From: Pseudomonadota bacterium
GTDB lineage: Bacteria > Pseudomonadota > Gammaproteobacteria > Steroidobacterales > Rariloculaceae
Direction: 5' to 3'
Assembly: GCA_036337035.1 (NCBI GenBank)
Contig: JAYZFC010000002.1
Span: forward strand, 16,138-80,137
DNA length: 64,000 nt
The position numbers and the translations under genes are program-made. The notes under the pieces are model-generated. The model had not been told where the DNA came from, searched no databases, and saw only the letters and a list, made by a program, of their open reading frames with translations. Each line of letters opens with the position of its first letter. Position 1 is the first letter of the stretch. Of the stretch, positions 36,944-45,842 are shown piece by piece.

Positions 36944-39172
36944 ATGTTTTATAAAAAACAAGTCATTAAAGATCTACTGCTAATTGGCGGAGGTCACAGC
37001 CATATAAAAGTTATAAAATCTTTTGGCATGAATCCAATACCAGGCGTTAGATTAACTTTGATTAATCCTGATATGTATTCACTTTATTCAGGTATGTTGC
37101 CTGGTATTATTTCTGGACATTATAGTTTTGATGATGCTCATATAGATCTTATTAAATTAACAAGTTATTCAAATTGTAGGTTTATAAAAGGCAAAGTTAT
37201 AGGAATCCAGTCAGATAATAATAGAGTCATTATAGAAGGCCGGCCTCCTTTAACTTATGACCTTCTATCGATAAATTCAGGATCTAGTTCAAACTATAAA
37301 GAAATTGAAGATATTGATAGCATTGCAATACCAGTAAAACCAATTAATAGTTTTTTATCCCAATGGAAATATATTAAAAGCAAGATTAATAATTCAAAGA
37401 AAGATAGAAATATTGCAGTAATAGGAGGTGGAGCTGGAGGAGTAGAAATTATAACCGCAATGAGACATTCTTTAGGTGAAAAGAACAACCTAACTTTAAT
37501 TACAAAAGAAAATAAAATCCTTTCAGGTTTCCCAAAAAAAACAATTAATTATTTTGAGGATCACTTAAAAAAAAATAGCATTGAATTAATTAAAAATATA
37601 GAAGTAATAAAAATAACCAAAGGAAAGGTTATTAGTAAAAAAGAAGAAGAGTTTCTATTTGATGATATTTTTCTGGTAGCACAGACTGCTGGTCCTCAAT
37701 GGCTTAAGGAATCTAATTTAGACCTAAATGATGAAGGCTTCTTACTAGTTAATAATAAACTTCAATCATTAACAAAGGAAAATATTTTTGGATCAGGAGA
37801 TATTATAAAGTTTGATAAATATAATCTTAAGAAAGCAGGAGTCTATGCTGTAAGACAGGGCGATACATTAAATAAAAATATTAGAAACTTCTTTAAAAAA
37901 AGAAATTTAAATAAATACAAGCCACAAAAAAACTTTTTATCGATTATCACAATGGGGGGTAAGAATGCTGTTGTATCTAAATACTCTCTATCATTCAAAG
38001 GAAAATGGGTATGGCATTGGAAAAATTATATTGATAAGAATTTTATTTCCAAATTTACCAACCTTTCTCTTATTGAGATGAAAAGTGATGAAAAAATTCC
38101 AAAGATATTTCTTACTGAGGAGGTTAAAAAGCTAAATGATGATATGAGATGTGGCGGTTGCGGTGCTAAAGCTGCTAAAGAAATACTTAATTCAGCACTT
38201 GATGGCCTAAATATTAAAAAAAGGAATGATGTTGTGATAGGTCTCGATAATCCTGATGATGCCTCAATTATAAAAACACCAAAAGGAAAATTATCTACTA
38301 TTTCCTTAGATTTCTTTCCTCCTATGATCTCAGATCCATACTTATTTGGAAAAATAACTGCTCACCACTGTTTAAGTGATCTTTACGCAATGGGTGCTGA
38401 ACCTCAATCAGCCATGGCAATTGCTTGCCTTCCTTTGTGGCCAGAGCACAAGATCTCTGAAGAACTAAAATCTATGTTATTAGGATCTATAGAAATATTT
38501 AATGAAGAAAATACTCAATTAGTTGGAGGTCATACAAGTGAAGCAAATGAGTGTATATATGGCTTTTCTGTTACTGGTTTAATTGATAAAGATGAGATTT
38601 TAGCTAAATCTAAATTAAAGAAAGGGGATATTTTAGTTTTAACTAAAGCTATTGGAACTGGAACTATCCTTGCAGCTAATATGAGAGCAAAAGCAAAAGG
38701 GTTATGGGTTGATAAAGCAATAGAATCTATGTTGATCTCAAACAAAAAGTCAGTTGAAATAATTAAGAAATATGGTGGTACTGCTTGTACTGATATTACT
38801 GGCTTTGGTTTAATTGGTCACTTACTAGAAATGCTTGAAAAAAATCAACTAACAGCTAATATTAATCTTGAAAATATTCCAATATTAGATGGAGCAGATG
38901 AAACTATTTCTAAAAAAATTATCTCAACATTACAAGATAAGAATGAAAAATTTTCTAGATATATAAAAAATTGTTCTAAATTTAATAAATCACCAAATTA
39001 CAAATTACTTTTTGATCCACAAACAGCTGGTGGGATGTTAGCTGGAATTCCAAAAGATCATGTTGAAGACTGCTTAAACGATTTAACTAAAAATAACTAC
39101 ATAAATGCTAGAAAAATTGGAACCGTTGAAGAACAGACAAAAGTAAAAGAAAAAATATGTATTATAAAATAA
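36944..39172 (+). CDS. selD: Bifunctional FAD-dependent pyridine-nucleotide-disulfide-type oxidoreductase :: selenide, water dikinase
   Basis: 742 aa. N-terminal Rossmann motifs LLLIGGGHSH and IAVIGGGAGGVE. The C-terminal half has SelD motifs MRCGGCGAKA (Cys plus Lys), NPDDASII, SLDFFPP, LSDLYAMGA, VGGHTSE. ATG directly follows the TAA of the upstream gene. Confidence 0.85.
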   Translation: MFYKKQVIKDLLLIGGGHSHIKVIKSFGMNPIPGVRLTLINPDMYSLYSGMLPGIISGHYSFDDAHIDLIKLTSYSNCRFIKGKVIGIQSDNNRVIIEGRPPLTYDLLSINSGSSSNYKEIEDIDSIAIPVKPINSFLSQWKYIKSKINNSKKDRNIAVIGGGAGGVEIITAMRHSLGEKNNLTLITKENKILSGFPKKTINYFEDHLKKNSIELIKNIEVIKITKGKVISKKEEEFLFDDIFLVAQTAGPQWLKESNLDLNDEGFLLVNNKLQSLTKENIFGSGDIIKFDKYNLKKAGVYAVRQGDTLNKNIRNFFKKRNLNKYKPQKNFLSIITMGGKNAVVSKYSLSFKGKWVWHWKNYIDKNFISKFTNLSLIEMKSDEKIPKIFLTEEVKKLNDDMRCGGCGAKAAKEILNSALDGLNIKKRNDVVIGLDNPDDASIIKTPKGKLSTISLDFFPPMISDPYLFGKITAHHCLSDLYAMGAEPQSAMAIACLPLWPEHKISEELKSMLLGSIEIFNEENTQLVGGHTSEANECIYGFSVTGLIDKDEILAKSKLKKGDILVLTKAIGTGTILAANMRAKAKGLWVDKAIESMLISNKKSVEIIKKYGGTACTDITGFGLIGHLLEMLEKNQLTANINLENIPILDGADETISKKIISTLQDKNEKFSRYIKNCSKFNKSPNYKLLFDPQTAGGMLAGIPKDHVEDCLNDLTKNNYINARKIGTVEEQTKVKEKICIIK

Positions 39173-39176
39173 AAAA

Positions 39177-39207
39177 ATCCGCCCTAATTAAAAAAACTAG
39201 GGCGGAT
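39177..39207. terminator. Bidirectional intrinsic terminator hairpin
   Basis: Perfect 10-bp stem ATCCGCCCTA (39177-39186) / TAGGGCGGAT (39198-39207). It is flanked by an A-run on one side and a T/A-rich tract on the other, between convergent genes. It is the only GC-rich hairpin I saw in an intergenic gap. Confidence 0.75.
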
Positions 39208-39232
39208 ATATATTAGTATATAAAATTAAATA

Positions 39233-41845
39233 CTAATCAAAGTACCGTTGGTATCTAACAAAAGACTCGCTTGGTCTATTCAGATTAACAGCTGCATTAC
39301 CATTACCAGTAGAAAAAGAGCCATTAGAAGAATAAACTTCATTCGTAGCATTTCTAATACCAAAGGTAAGTGACCAATCTTCAGCCGCGCTGTTATATGT
39401 AGTGTTAAAGTTAACAACCCTATAAGCATCTTCTCTCATTAACATATGAGGTTCAAACTTAAATCTTTGAGCATCCATATACATATAATCAAGTCGAGAA
39501 GTAATATTACCACCTGAAACTAAAGGAATACGATGAGTTATACCAAACGTATAATTATTTTCAGGAGCGTAAGGAAGTACTGCTTCTGAAAGTGGAATAC
39601 ATGTCGTAGTAGGACAATTAGTCTTTGATACTAATGGTGTTGAAAGAGTGCTATCTGTATAACCCGGAGCATACCACAGGTATGTACCTGATTGCATAGC
39701 ATTACCAGCTAGCGAATCAATCTTTGCATCTAATAGGCCGACAGTAGCATCAACACGAAGAGTATCACTCACAATCCATAATGCCTCTAATTCGGCACCA
39801 GTTAGAATACCCTTACCAACATTCTCAATACCAGTTCCCCCACTTGCTAATCCTGCTGGTCTAGCGTTGACCTGCATATCATCGTAGGTAGAATTAAATA
39901 TCGCACCATTTAATCTTAAAGCACCGCCAAATAAATCAGCTTTAGCTCCAATCTCATAATTTGTTACGTATTCAGGTCTGAAAGCTGGCATAGGTTGAGG
40001 CATCCCTTCAGGGAAACGACTAGCAAAACCACCATCACGGAACCCTTTAGCAAAAGAGCCATAGATCATAGCAGTATCACTAATATCATAAACTAAGCTC
40101 AACATAGGATCGGTTTGCGTCCATTCAGCTGTACCCACTGCTTCTTCACAAATATCAGTAACCTTATCTCTTTCAATCCTTCCATCTCCATTTGAAGTTG
40201 GACCACCTGCTGGTTGAGGATTGTTTGCATTTGCAGGGCAATAGTCCCTATGAATAGTTACATCAAATGTTTTCTTATCAGTAGTTGTTCTAAGTCCGCC
40301 AGTTAAGTGAAGCCTATCTGAAATATGATAGGTTAACTGAGTAAAAAGAGCATTAGAGGTATTATCGATGTCTCGGGCAATACGCTGGAATTTTAAACCG
40401 CCCACTCCATCGTGCACTGCGTTCATACCACTAGCTCCAGTATAAACAGTACCTGGATGATAGCTCGTGTTTTGCTTACGGCCTTGAACCACCCACAAGC
40501 CATTTACACCAATTAATGATACGACCTCAGTACCTGTTTCTTTAAACAGATATGCACCAGCTGTGTAATCCAACCTGCCATCCATTGCTTGGCCAGTCAA
40601 CTGGAACTCTTGAGATCTTCCATCTTGGTGGAAATCATCATTAATATTAGAAAATATTGGGAGTGGGCTATAATCATGATCATTCATAAAGCTTGATTTA
40701 AAGCCACGATAAGCTGTAATCGACCTTAATGTACCATATGCAGTCTCTGTTTCTACTGTTAAGGCGCTGCCATAGGTAGTTAACCAATTTTCAGGTGTAT
40801 AATCCACATTACCATTCACATCATAATAAATGGCACCTGTTTCATAAACATCTACACCAGGATTATTTGCTTCACCATAACAAAGTTTGTTTGTGTTTCT
40901 TCCCTCTGCTGTTGCACAAGCTGCAACTCCTGAAAAAGATGCGCCGCCCATAGGTGTTGAAACATTCCACCAGTTACCTTGCATCAAGACAGAAACAAAT
41001 TCGCCTGTCGTAGTACCATCAGCACTATAAAGCGCTGCTGGAACTAAAGGAGCTGGGGCCGCCTTATTATGAGACCAATCTCCAGTAAGATTAACTCTTA
41101 AACTATCTGAAGGAGAAAATTCTAACTGGGCACGAACTGCCGAAGTATTATCATCGCCTAACCAAAGATTATCATAACTAGTAGCCTTAACATAACCGCC
41201 TCTAGTTCTTTGCATGATAGAAACCCTGGCTGCTAAGTCATCTACGGCTTCTATAGGTAGATTAAATGAAGCTCTAAGATTGCTATAACTGTTTTCACCA
41301 AATGAAATACTCACTTTTGATTCATAAGCGTCAGGATTAGGTCTTTTAGTCACTAAGTTAACTGCTCCAGCTAAAGTGTTCCTTCCAAAAAGCGTTCCCT
41401 GCGGGCCTCTTAAAACCTCTGCTCTTTCTAAATCAACAAGATCCATCATGCTTCCAATTGATCTAGCAACATAAACGCCATCAATGTAGATACCTACTGC
41501 TGGATCAGTGTTAATTACAAAATCTGATTGTCCAACACCACGCATAAAAATAGTTGGTGAAGCTGTTAGTCCACTTGTTTGCGATGCTGCCTCAATCATA
41601 ACATTTGGTGTTGCCTGTGCTAAATCATTAACATTCAACGCACCACGAAGATCAATCTCATCCTCTGTAAAAGCAGTAACTGCTATTGGAGTATCTTGAA
41701 GTGACTCTTCTCTTCTTCTAGCAGTAACCACTATCTCCTCAATTGCAAAAGCACCTCCCGTAGCTTGGGCAGATGCTTTATCGAAAGAAAAAAATAGTGG
41801 AAACAATACAACAGAAAAAAGAGCTGTATATCTCTTATAATTCAC
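39233..41845 (-). CDS. TonB-dependent outer-membrane receptor
   Basis: 870 aa. GTG start with AGGAGA 5 nt upstream. Signal ending DKASA/Q. Plug blocks EEIVVTARRREESLQDTPIAVTAF and VEVLRGPQGTLFGRNTLAGAVN. Long barrel. Confidence 0.9.
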   Translation of the reverse strand: MNYKRYTALFSVVLFPLFFSFDKASAQATGGAFAIEEIVVTARRREESLQDTPIAVTAFTEDEIDLRGALNVNDLAQATPNVMIEAASQTSGLTASPTIFMRGVGQSDFVINTDPAVGIYIDGVYVARSIGSMMDLVDLERAEVLRGPQGTLFGRNTLAGAVNLVTKRPNPDAYESKVSISFGENSYSNLRASFNLPIEAVDDLAARVSIMQRTRGGYVKATSYDNLWLGDDNTSAVRAQLEFSPSDSLRVNLTGDWSHNKAAPAPLVPAALYSADGTTTGEFVSVLMQGNWWNVSTPMGGASFSGVAACATAEGRNTNKLCYGEANNPGVDVYETGAIYYDVNGNVDYTPENWLTTYGSALTVETETAYGTLRSITAYRGFKSSFMNDHDYSPLPIFSNINDDFHQDGRSQEFQLTGQAMDGRLDYTAGAYLFKETGTEVVSLIGVNGLWVVQGRKQNTSYHPGTVYTGASGMNAVHDGVGGLKFQRIARDIDNTSNALFTQLTYHISDRLHLTGGLRTTTDKKTFDVTIHRDYCPANANNPQPAGGPTSNGDGRIERDKVTDICEEAVGTAEWTQTDPMLSLVYDISDTAMIYGSFAKGFRDGGFASRFPEGMPQPMPAFRPEYVTNYEIGAKADLFGGALRLNGAIFNSTYDDMQVNARPAGLASGGTGIENVGKGILTGAELEALWIVSDTLRVDATVGLLDAKIDSLAGNAMQSGTYLWYAPGYTDSTLSTPLVSKTNCPTTTCIPLSEAVLPYAPENNYTFGITHRIPLVSGGNITSRLDYMYMDAQRFKFEPHMLMREDAYRVVNFNTTYNSAAEDWSLTFGIRNATNEVYSSNGSFSTGNGNAAVNLNRPSESFVRYQRYFD

Positions 41846-41951
41846 ACTGTTCTCCTATAAAAAATTATTACTCTAACACTCTATCTTATATTCATATCTT
41901 TATCATTAAATTTCTAAAAAAAACAACATATTTTTGTAAAAAAACAACAAA

Positions 41952-42045
41952 TGGCGGAGGTGGATGGGAATCGAACCCACCACCCGATATTATTCAAGTC
42001 ACTGGTTTTGAAGACCAGGAGAGTCACCAGACTCCATTCACCTCC
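41952..42045 (-). tRNA. selC: tRNA-Sec (anticodon UCA)
   Basis: Minus-strand read: GGAGGTGAATGGAGTCTGGTGACTCTCCTGGTCTTCAAAACCAGTGACTTGAATAATATCGGGTGGTGGGTTCGATTCCCATCCACCTCCGCCA. 6-bp D-stem (GGAGTC/GACTCT) with a 4-nt loop. Anticodon arm CTGGT-CTTCAAA-ACCAG gives UCA. Long variable arm. 94 nt, 13 nt downstream of selB. Confidence 0.9.
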
Positions 42046-42058
42046 TCATTTTTAAAAA

Positions 42059-43594
42059 TTAAAACTTATTTTTGAGCCTTCTATAATCACCAAATCTTTC
42101 TGTTATACCAGTAGCGTCAAAATGCTCCATTATTGGTATCACTGATTTTCTAGAACTCGCTAATAAGTCCCTAACTTGAGAAATAGTAAATTTATCAGGA
42201 TATGGAAATTCTTGCTCTATAATTTTCTTTACTTTGTCTAAATTAATTCTATGAGTTAGATATTTTATTCTTCTATCATAAAGCTTTAAAGACACTAGCT
42301 TTCCTTGTTTTAGTAGCAAGCGATTCATTTGTTTGGCTATTTCGCTACCATCCAAAATATTCTCTTCAGATTCAATATTGTACTCAAGAGAAAGATATTT
42401 CTCTTCAATATTCTTAATCACTTCTAATTGATCTTTATCTAAATTAATATCTAATATGTCTTTTTTAGAGTGGTTTATTTTTTTTCTTGGTGTTAATACT
42501 TCTTTCTTAAAATCTTGTGTATCTATAATCTTAGTTATCTCACCTCCACCTATTGTTTTAGAAGGAGAAAATGATCTTATTACAAATTTTTCATGTTCAT
42601 GAGTTACAACAGGTGTATTGAAGAAAAACTTTACTAATGCTTCTTCACCTTGACTCAAAATATTTTTTTTACTTATTTTTATTCTAGCTGAAACATCTAA
42701 AGTACCAACTAGAACATGAACAATAGAATTATTTTTTAATCTACATGAGGGCCTTTCTAATATCTTAATCTTAGCTTCAAATGCTATAGTCTTCTTTAAA
42801 AAATTTTGTGAAGAAACGACATTGCCTCTATTTAAATTACTTATCTTTATCCCCCTAAGGTTAATTGCAACTCTTTGTCCTTTTTCTGCCTGAGGTACTT
42901 CCTTGTTATTAACATGAATACTTCTAATTGACAGCTTTTCTTCCTGTGGAAGTAAAATAACTTCACTCTTATTATCTAAATTTCCATGTCTTAAAGTACC
43001 AGTAACAATCGTTCCAAAACCCTGCTTGTGAAAAACTCTATCTATTGGAAGAAAAAAATTACTTTCAATGATTTCTTTTTTTTCAAAACTAGCGGCATCT
43101 TTAACAAGCAAGCCCTTTAAAGCATCTATTCCAGATCTGCTAATAGAAGATACTTCATGTAAATTGAAATTTTTTAAGAAAGTATCTTTCAAAAAGTTCT
43201 TAATTTTTTCTCGCTCTTTAATAATTTCATTTTTTGACAATAAATCTATTTTAGTTAAGACAACTATGCCTTTATTAATCCCTAGAACAGAAGCAATATC
43301 AAGATGTTCTATAGTTTGTGGCATGATTCCTTCATTCACTGCAATTACTAATAAAATACTACTAATCCCAGATGCCCCAGAAACCATATTTTTTATAAAA
43401 GATTCATGGCCAGGCAAATCAATTAAGTCTATAAATGTATTATTAGAATGAATATAAGCAAAGCCTGGAACAATAGAAAGCCCCCTTTCATGTTCTTCTT
43501 TTAAAAGATCTGTATCTATCCCAGTTAATGCTTTAACTAATGATGTCTTACCATGATCAACGTGGCCAAGCACACCAATTGACATATGTTTCAT
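42059..43594 (-). CDS. selB: Selenocysteine-specific translation elongation factor (short form)
   Basis: 511 aa. G-domain GHVDHGKTSL, DLPGHESF, TKID. EF-Tu-like domains II/III end near SPSKTIGGGEI (about residue 350), leaving only ~150 C-terminal residues. ATG shares one nt with the selA TGA. Confidence 0.85.
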   Translation of the reverse strand: MKHMSIGVLGHVDHGKTSLVKALTGIDTDLLKEEHERGLSIVPGFAYIHSNNTFIDLIDLPGHESFIKNMVSGASGISSILLVIAVNEGIMPQTIEHLDIASVLGINKGIVVLTKIDLLSKNEIIKEREKIKNFLKDTFLKNFNLHEVSSISRSGIDALKGLLVKDAASFEKKEIIESNFFLPIDRVFHKQGFGTIVTGTLRHGNLDNKSEVILLPQEEKLSIRSIHVNNKEVPQAEKGQRVAINLRGIKISNLNRGNVVSSQNFLKKTIAFEAKIKILERPSCRLKNNSIVHVLVGTLDVSARIKISKKNILSQGEEALVKFFFNTPVVTHEHEKFVIRSFSPSKTIGGGEITKIIDTQDFKKEVLTPRKKINHSKKDILDINLDKDQLEVIKNIEEKYLSLEYNIESEENILDGSEIAKQMNRLLLKQGKLVSLKLYDRRIKYLTHRINLDKVKKIIEQEFPYPDKFTISQVRDLLASSRKSVIPIMEHFDATGITERFGDYRRLKNKF

Positions 43595-44982
43595 CAGGAA
43601 AATATTTTCTCTAAAGCCTTGTATATATCTTGTACTTGATCCTCTCTTACTGCCCTAAGGTCAATATAAACAAAACCTGAATTAATCCTTGAAATAATTG
43701 GCGGCTCTGAATCTCTTAGCTGCTTAGCTAAATTATTAGCAGAAATTTTTAATGGCTCAAGCTTGATAACTGGTGAGGGTATTTTATTATTGGGTAGCGT
43801 ACCTCCACCAGAATAACTAAATCCATCTTCTATATAGTGTTTAATATTTTTTATATTCTTCAAAAGATCTGAAAGAAGGACTATTCTTTCTCTAACTTTA
43901 TCCTGATCTTCACAAATCATTCTTAAAGTTGGAATATCTTTTTTTGGATTATATGGGGGGAAATAAAGCCTTAAGGTCTCTGCCAGAGCAGCTAAACTCA
44001 GCTTATCAATCCTAAGAGCTCTAAGTAGAGGATTTTTTTTAATTAATGCTATTAGCTCTGCTCTACCCACCAAGATGCCAGATTGAGGGCCTCCTAATAA
44101 TTTATCCCCGCTAAAGCTAATTAAATCAACCCCTGCTTCTATACTTTTATGGATTGATGAACTAAGTCTAATATCATCATTAGAAAGTTCAACCAATGAG
44201 CCACATCCTAAATCTTCAATTGTTATTATTTCCTTATTGTGAGCTAGACTCGTAATTTCTTTAATATCAGGCTTAGAGGTGTGGCCATATAATTTATAAT
44301 TACTAGGATGAACAACTAAAATTGCCTTTGATCTTTCAGTTAATGCAGTCCTATAGTCACTAAGAGCAGTAATATTAGTTGTACCAACTTCTATCATATT
44401 AGCGCCACTTTGCTTAATGACATCAGGCATACGAAATGAGTCACCAATTTCAACTAACTCGCCTCTAGATATAACCACTTCTTGATCTTTAGCAAAAGAA
44501 TTTATCGCTAACATAAATGCTGCGGCACAATTATTTACAACAATTGCTGCCTCTGCTCCAGTTAGTTTAGTTATTAAAGACTCAACATGTTTATACCTTG
44601 AAGAGCGCTCACCTTTATCTAAACTATATTCTAAATTAGAATAGTTTCTAGCAACCTTATTCATCTCTAAAATCGCTTGATCTGCTAGGCACGCCCTACC
44701 CAGATTTGTATGCAAAATAACTCCTGTTGCATTTATTACCGGCCTAAAGCTTTTCTTTCTTTTATCTAATAATTCATCACGCAATCTATTTAAATAGTCT
44801 TGGTTATCAAAAATGGGCAAATAATATGAGCCTTCTTTAACTAATTTTCTGTAATGAGATAAATGGCTCCTCATAACATCAGCTACCTCAGAGTGAGAAA
44901 ATTCATTAGATAATCTCTTTCCTATATCTGAACTCAACCAGCTATCAATCGATGGAATTTTTCTCAAAAGTTCTTTAATCAT
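43594..44982 (-). CDS. selA: L-seryl-tRNA(Sec) selenium transferase
   Basis: 462 aa. The PLP-lysine block FSGDKLLGGPQSGI is typical of SelA. ATG overlaps the TGA of the upstream membrane-protein gene (ATGA at 44979-44982). Confidence 0.9.
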   Translation of the reverse strand: MIKELLRKIPSIDSWLSSDIGKRLSNEFSHSEVADVMRSHLSHYRKLVKEGSYYLPIFDNQDYLNRLRDELLDKRKKSFRPVINATGVILHTNLGRACLADQAILEMNKVARNYSNLEYSLDKGERSSRYKHVESLITKLTGAEAAIVVNNCAAAFMLAINSFAKDQEVVISRGELVEIGDSFRMPDVIKQSGANMIEVGTTNITALSDYRTALTERSKAILVVHPSNYKLYGHTSKPDIKEITSLAHNKEIITIEDLGCGSLVELSNDDIRLSSSIHKSIEAGVDLISFSGDKLLGGPQSGILVGRAELIALIKKNPLLRALRIDKLSLAALAETLRLYFPPYNPKKDIPTLRMICEDQDKVRERIVLLSDLLKNIKNIKHYIEDGFSYSGGGTLPNNKIPSPVIKLEPLKISANNLAKQLRDSEPPIISRINSGFVYIDLRAVREDQVQDIYKALEKIFS

Positions 44983-45704
44983 TGTTTCGACTTTCTATCA
45001 TATAAGAAAAATGGAAGATAAATTAAAAAAAAGATACCAATACCTATAATAATGTAAAAAGGGATCTGGTAAGGAGGATTAGGCATAAAATTAGTTATAT
45101 TAGTCCCTCCTGGTAAATCTATTAAATACCAATAATTAGCTGGATTACCAGGTGCAAAAAAATTAATAGTCAAATTAATAATGTAAATAAAAATAACCAT
45201 GGCTAAACTAATTGGTATTACTTTTAATAATGATTGAAAGTTAGGGCGCATTTTAAAAACTATTGCGGAATAAGAAATGCCCAACCACATAAGCCAATGT
45301 CCAAAAAAGAATAATATAAATTGAATATCAGGAAATCCTAAAATTATATCTGGTTGAGTATTTGCCATCAAACCGCCTGAAATTCCCCAAAAAAAAGCAA
45401 TTTCAAAGAAAATCTTTCTTTTAGTTAATAAAAAAATAGCAATAGTAAATGAAGAGAAGTGGCAAAGATGCAAAGGCAACATATTGAGTATTGAAAAAGA
45501 CTCAGGCCATAAAAAAGGATAGTAGATCGGCTTTGCTAGTTCATTAAGAATAAGTAAGCAGGCTAATAAATTACCAAGACTATTTTTTAATTTATCGTTA
45601 TAAGGCAATAGGAGCCAAGGAAATAGCAAAACTGATATAAATATCAATGCCAATACAGTTAAATGGTCAAAACCAAATATTTGAAATGGAGCAATTGTTT
45701 TCAT
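44979..45704 (-). CDS. Polytopic membrane protein of unknown function, first gene of the selA-selB-selC string (YwaF/TIGR02206-like, tentative)
   Basis: 241 aa with about 7 hydrophobic segments. N-terminal FGFDHLTVLALIF, internal LPLHLCHFSSF. Translationally coupled to selA. Confidence 0.5.
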   Translation of the reverse strand: MKTIAPFQIFGFDHLTVLALIFISVLLFPWLLLPYNDKLKNSLGNLLACLLILNELAKPIYYPFLWPESFSILNMLPLHLCHFSSFTIAIFLLTKRKIFFEIAFFWGISGGLMANTQPDIILGFPDIQFILFFFGHWLMWLGISYSAIVFKMRPNFQSLLKVIPISLAMVIFIYIINLTINFFAPGNPANYWYLIDLPGGTNITNFMPNPPYQIPFYIIIGIGIFFLIYLPFFLYDRKSKQ

Positions 45705-45788
45705 CTATATATTTCTGCTCAAGCGCTATAATAAAAATATTGTTTAGTTTAGAGTATTTTATGAGAAACTGTATAATTATTTTCTTAT

Positions 45789-45812
45789 ATTTAGGTAAAA
45801 ATATACCTAAAT
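45789..45812. promoter_or_regulatory. Perfect 9-bp inverted repeat ATTTAGGTA-N6-TACCTAAAT (candidate operator or 5' UTR hairpin)
   Basis: Arms at 45789-45797 and 45804-45812. Lies 12 nt downstream of a perfect TATAAT (45772-45777) and 30 nt upstream of ATG 45843. Confidence 0.3.
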
Positions 45813-45842
45813 TTAGCTACTTTTAATTTTAGTGGAAAAAAT

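Noticed and set aside
41892-41910. Fur-box-like AT-rich segment (minus-strand TTAATGATAAAGATATGAA) upstream of the 870-aa TonB receptor
   Set aside because: Only about 11 of 16 aligned positions match the GATAATGATAATCATTATC consensus by eye, and the dyad symmetry is poor. In a region this AT-rich that is within chance expectation. It is kept only as a note in the finding.
41773-42075. 100-aa plus-strand ORF spanning the region between the TonB receptor and selB
   Set aside because: It runs antisense straight through the tRNA-Sec gene (41952-42045) and the receptor's 5' end. It has a low-complexity translation and no signal of a real gene.
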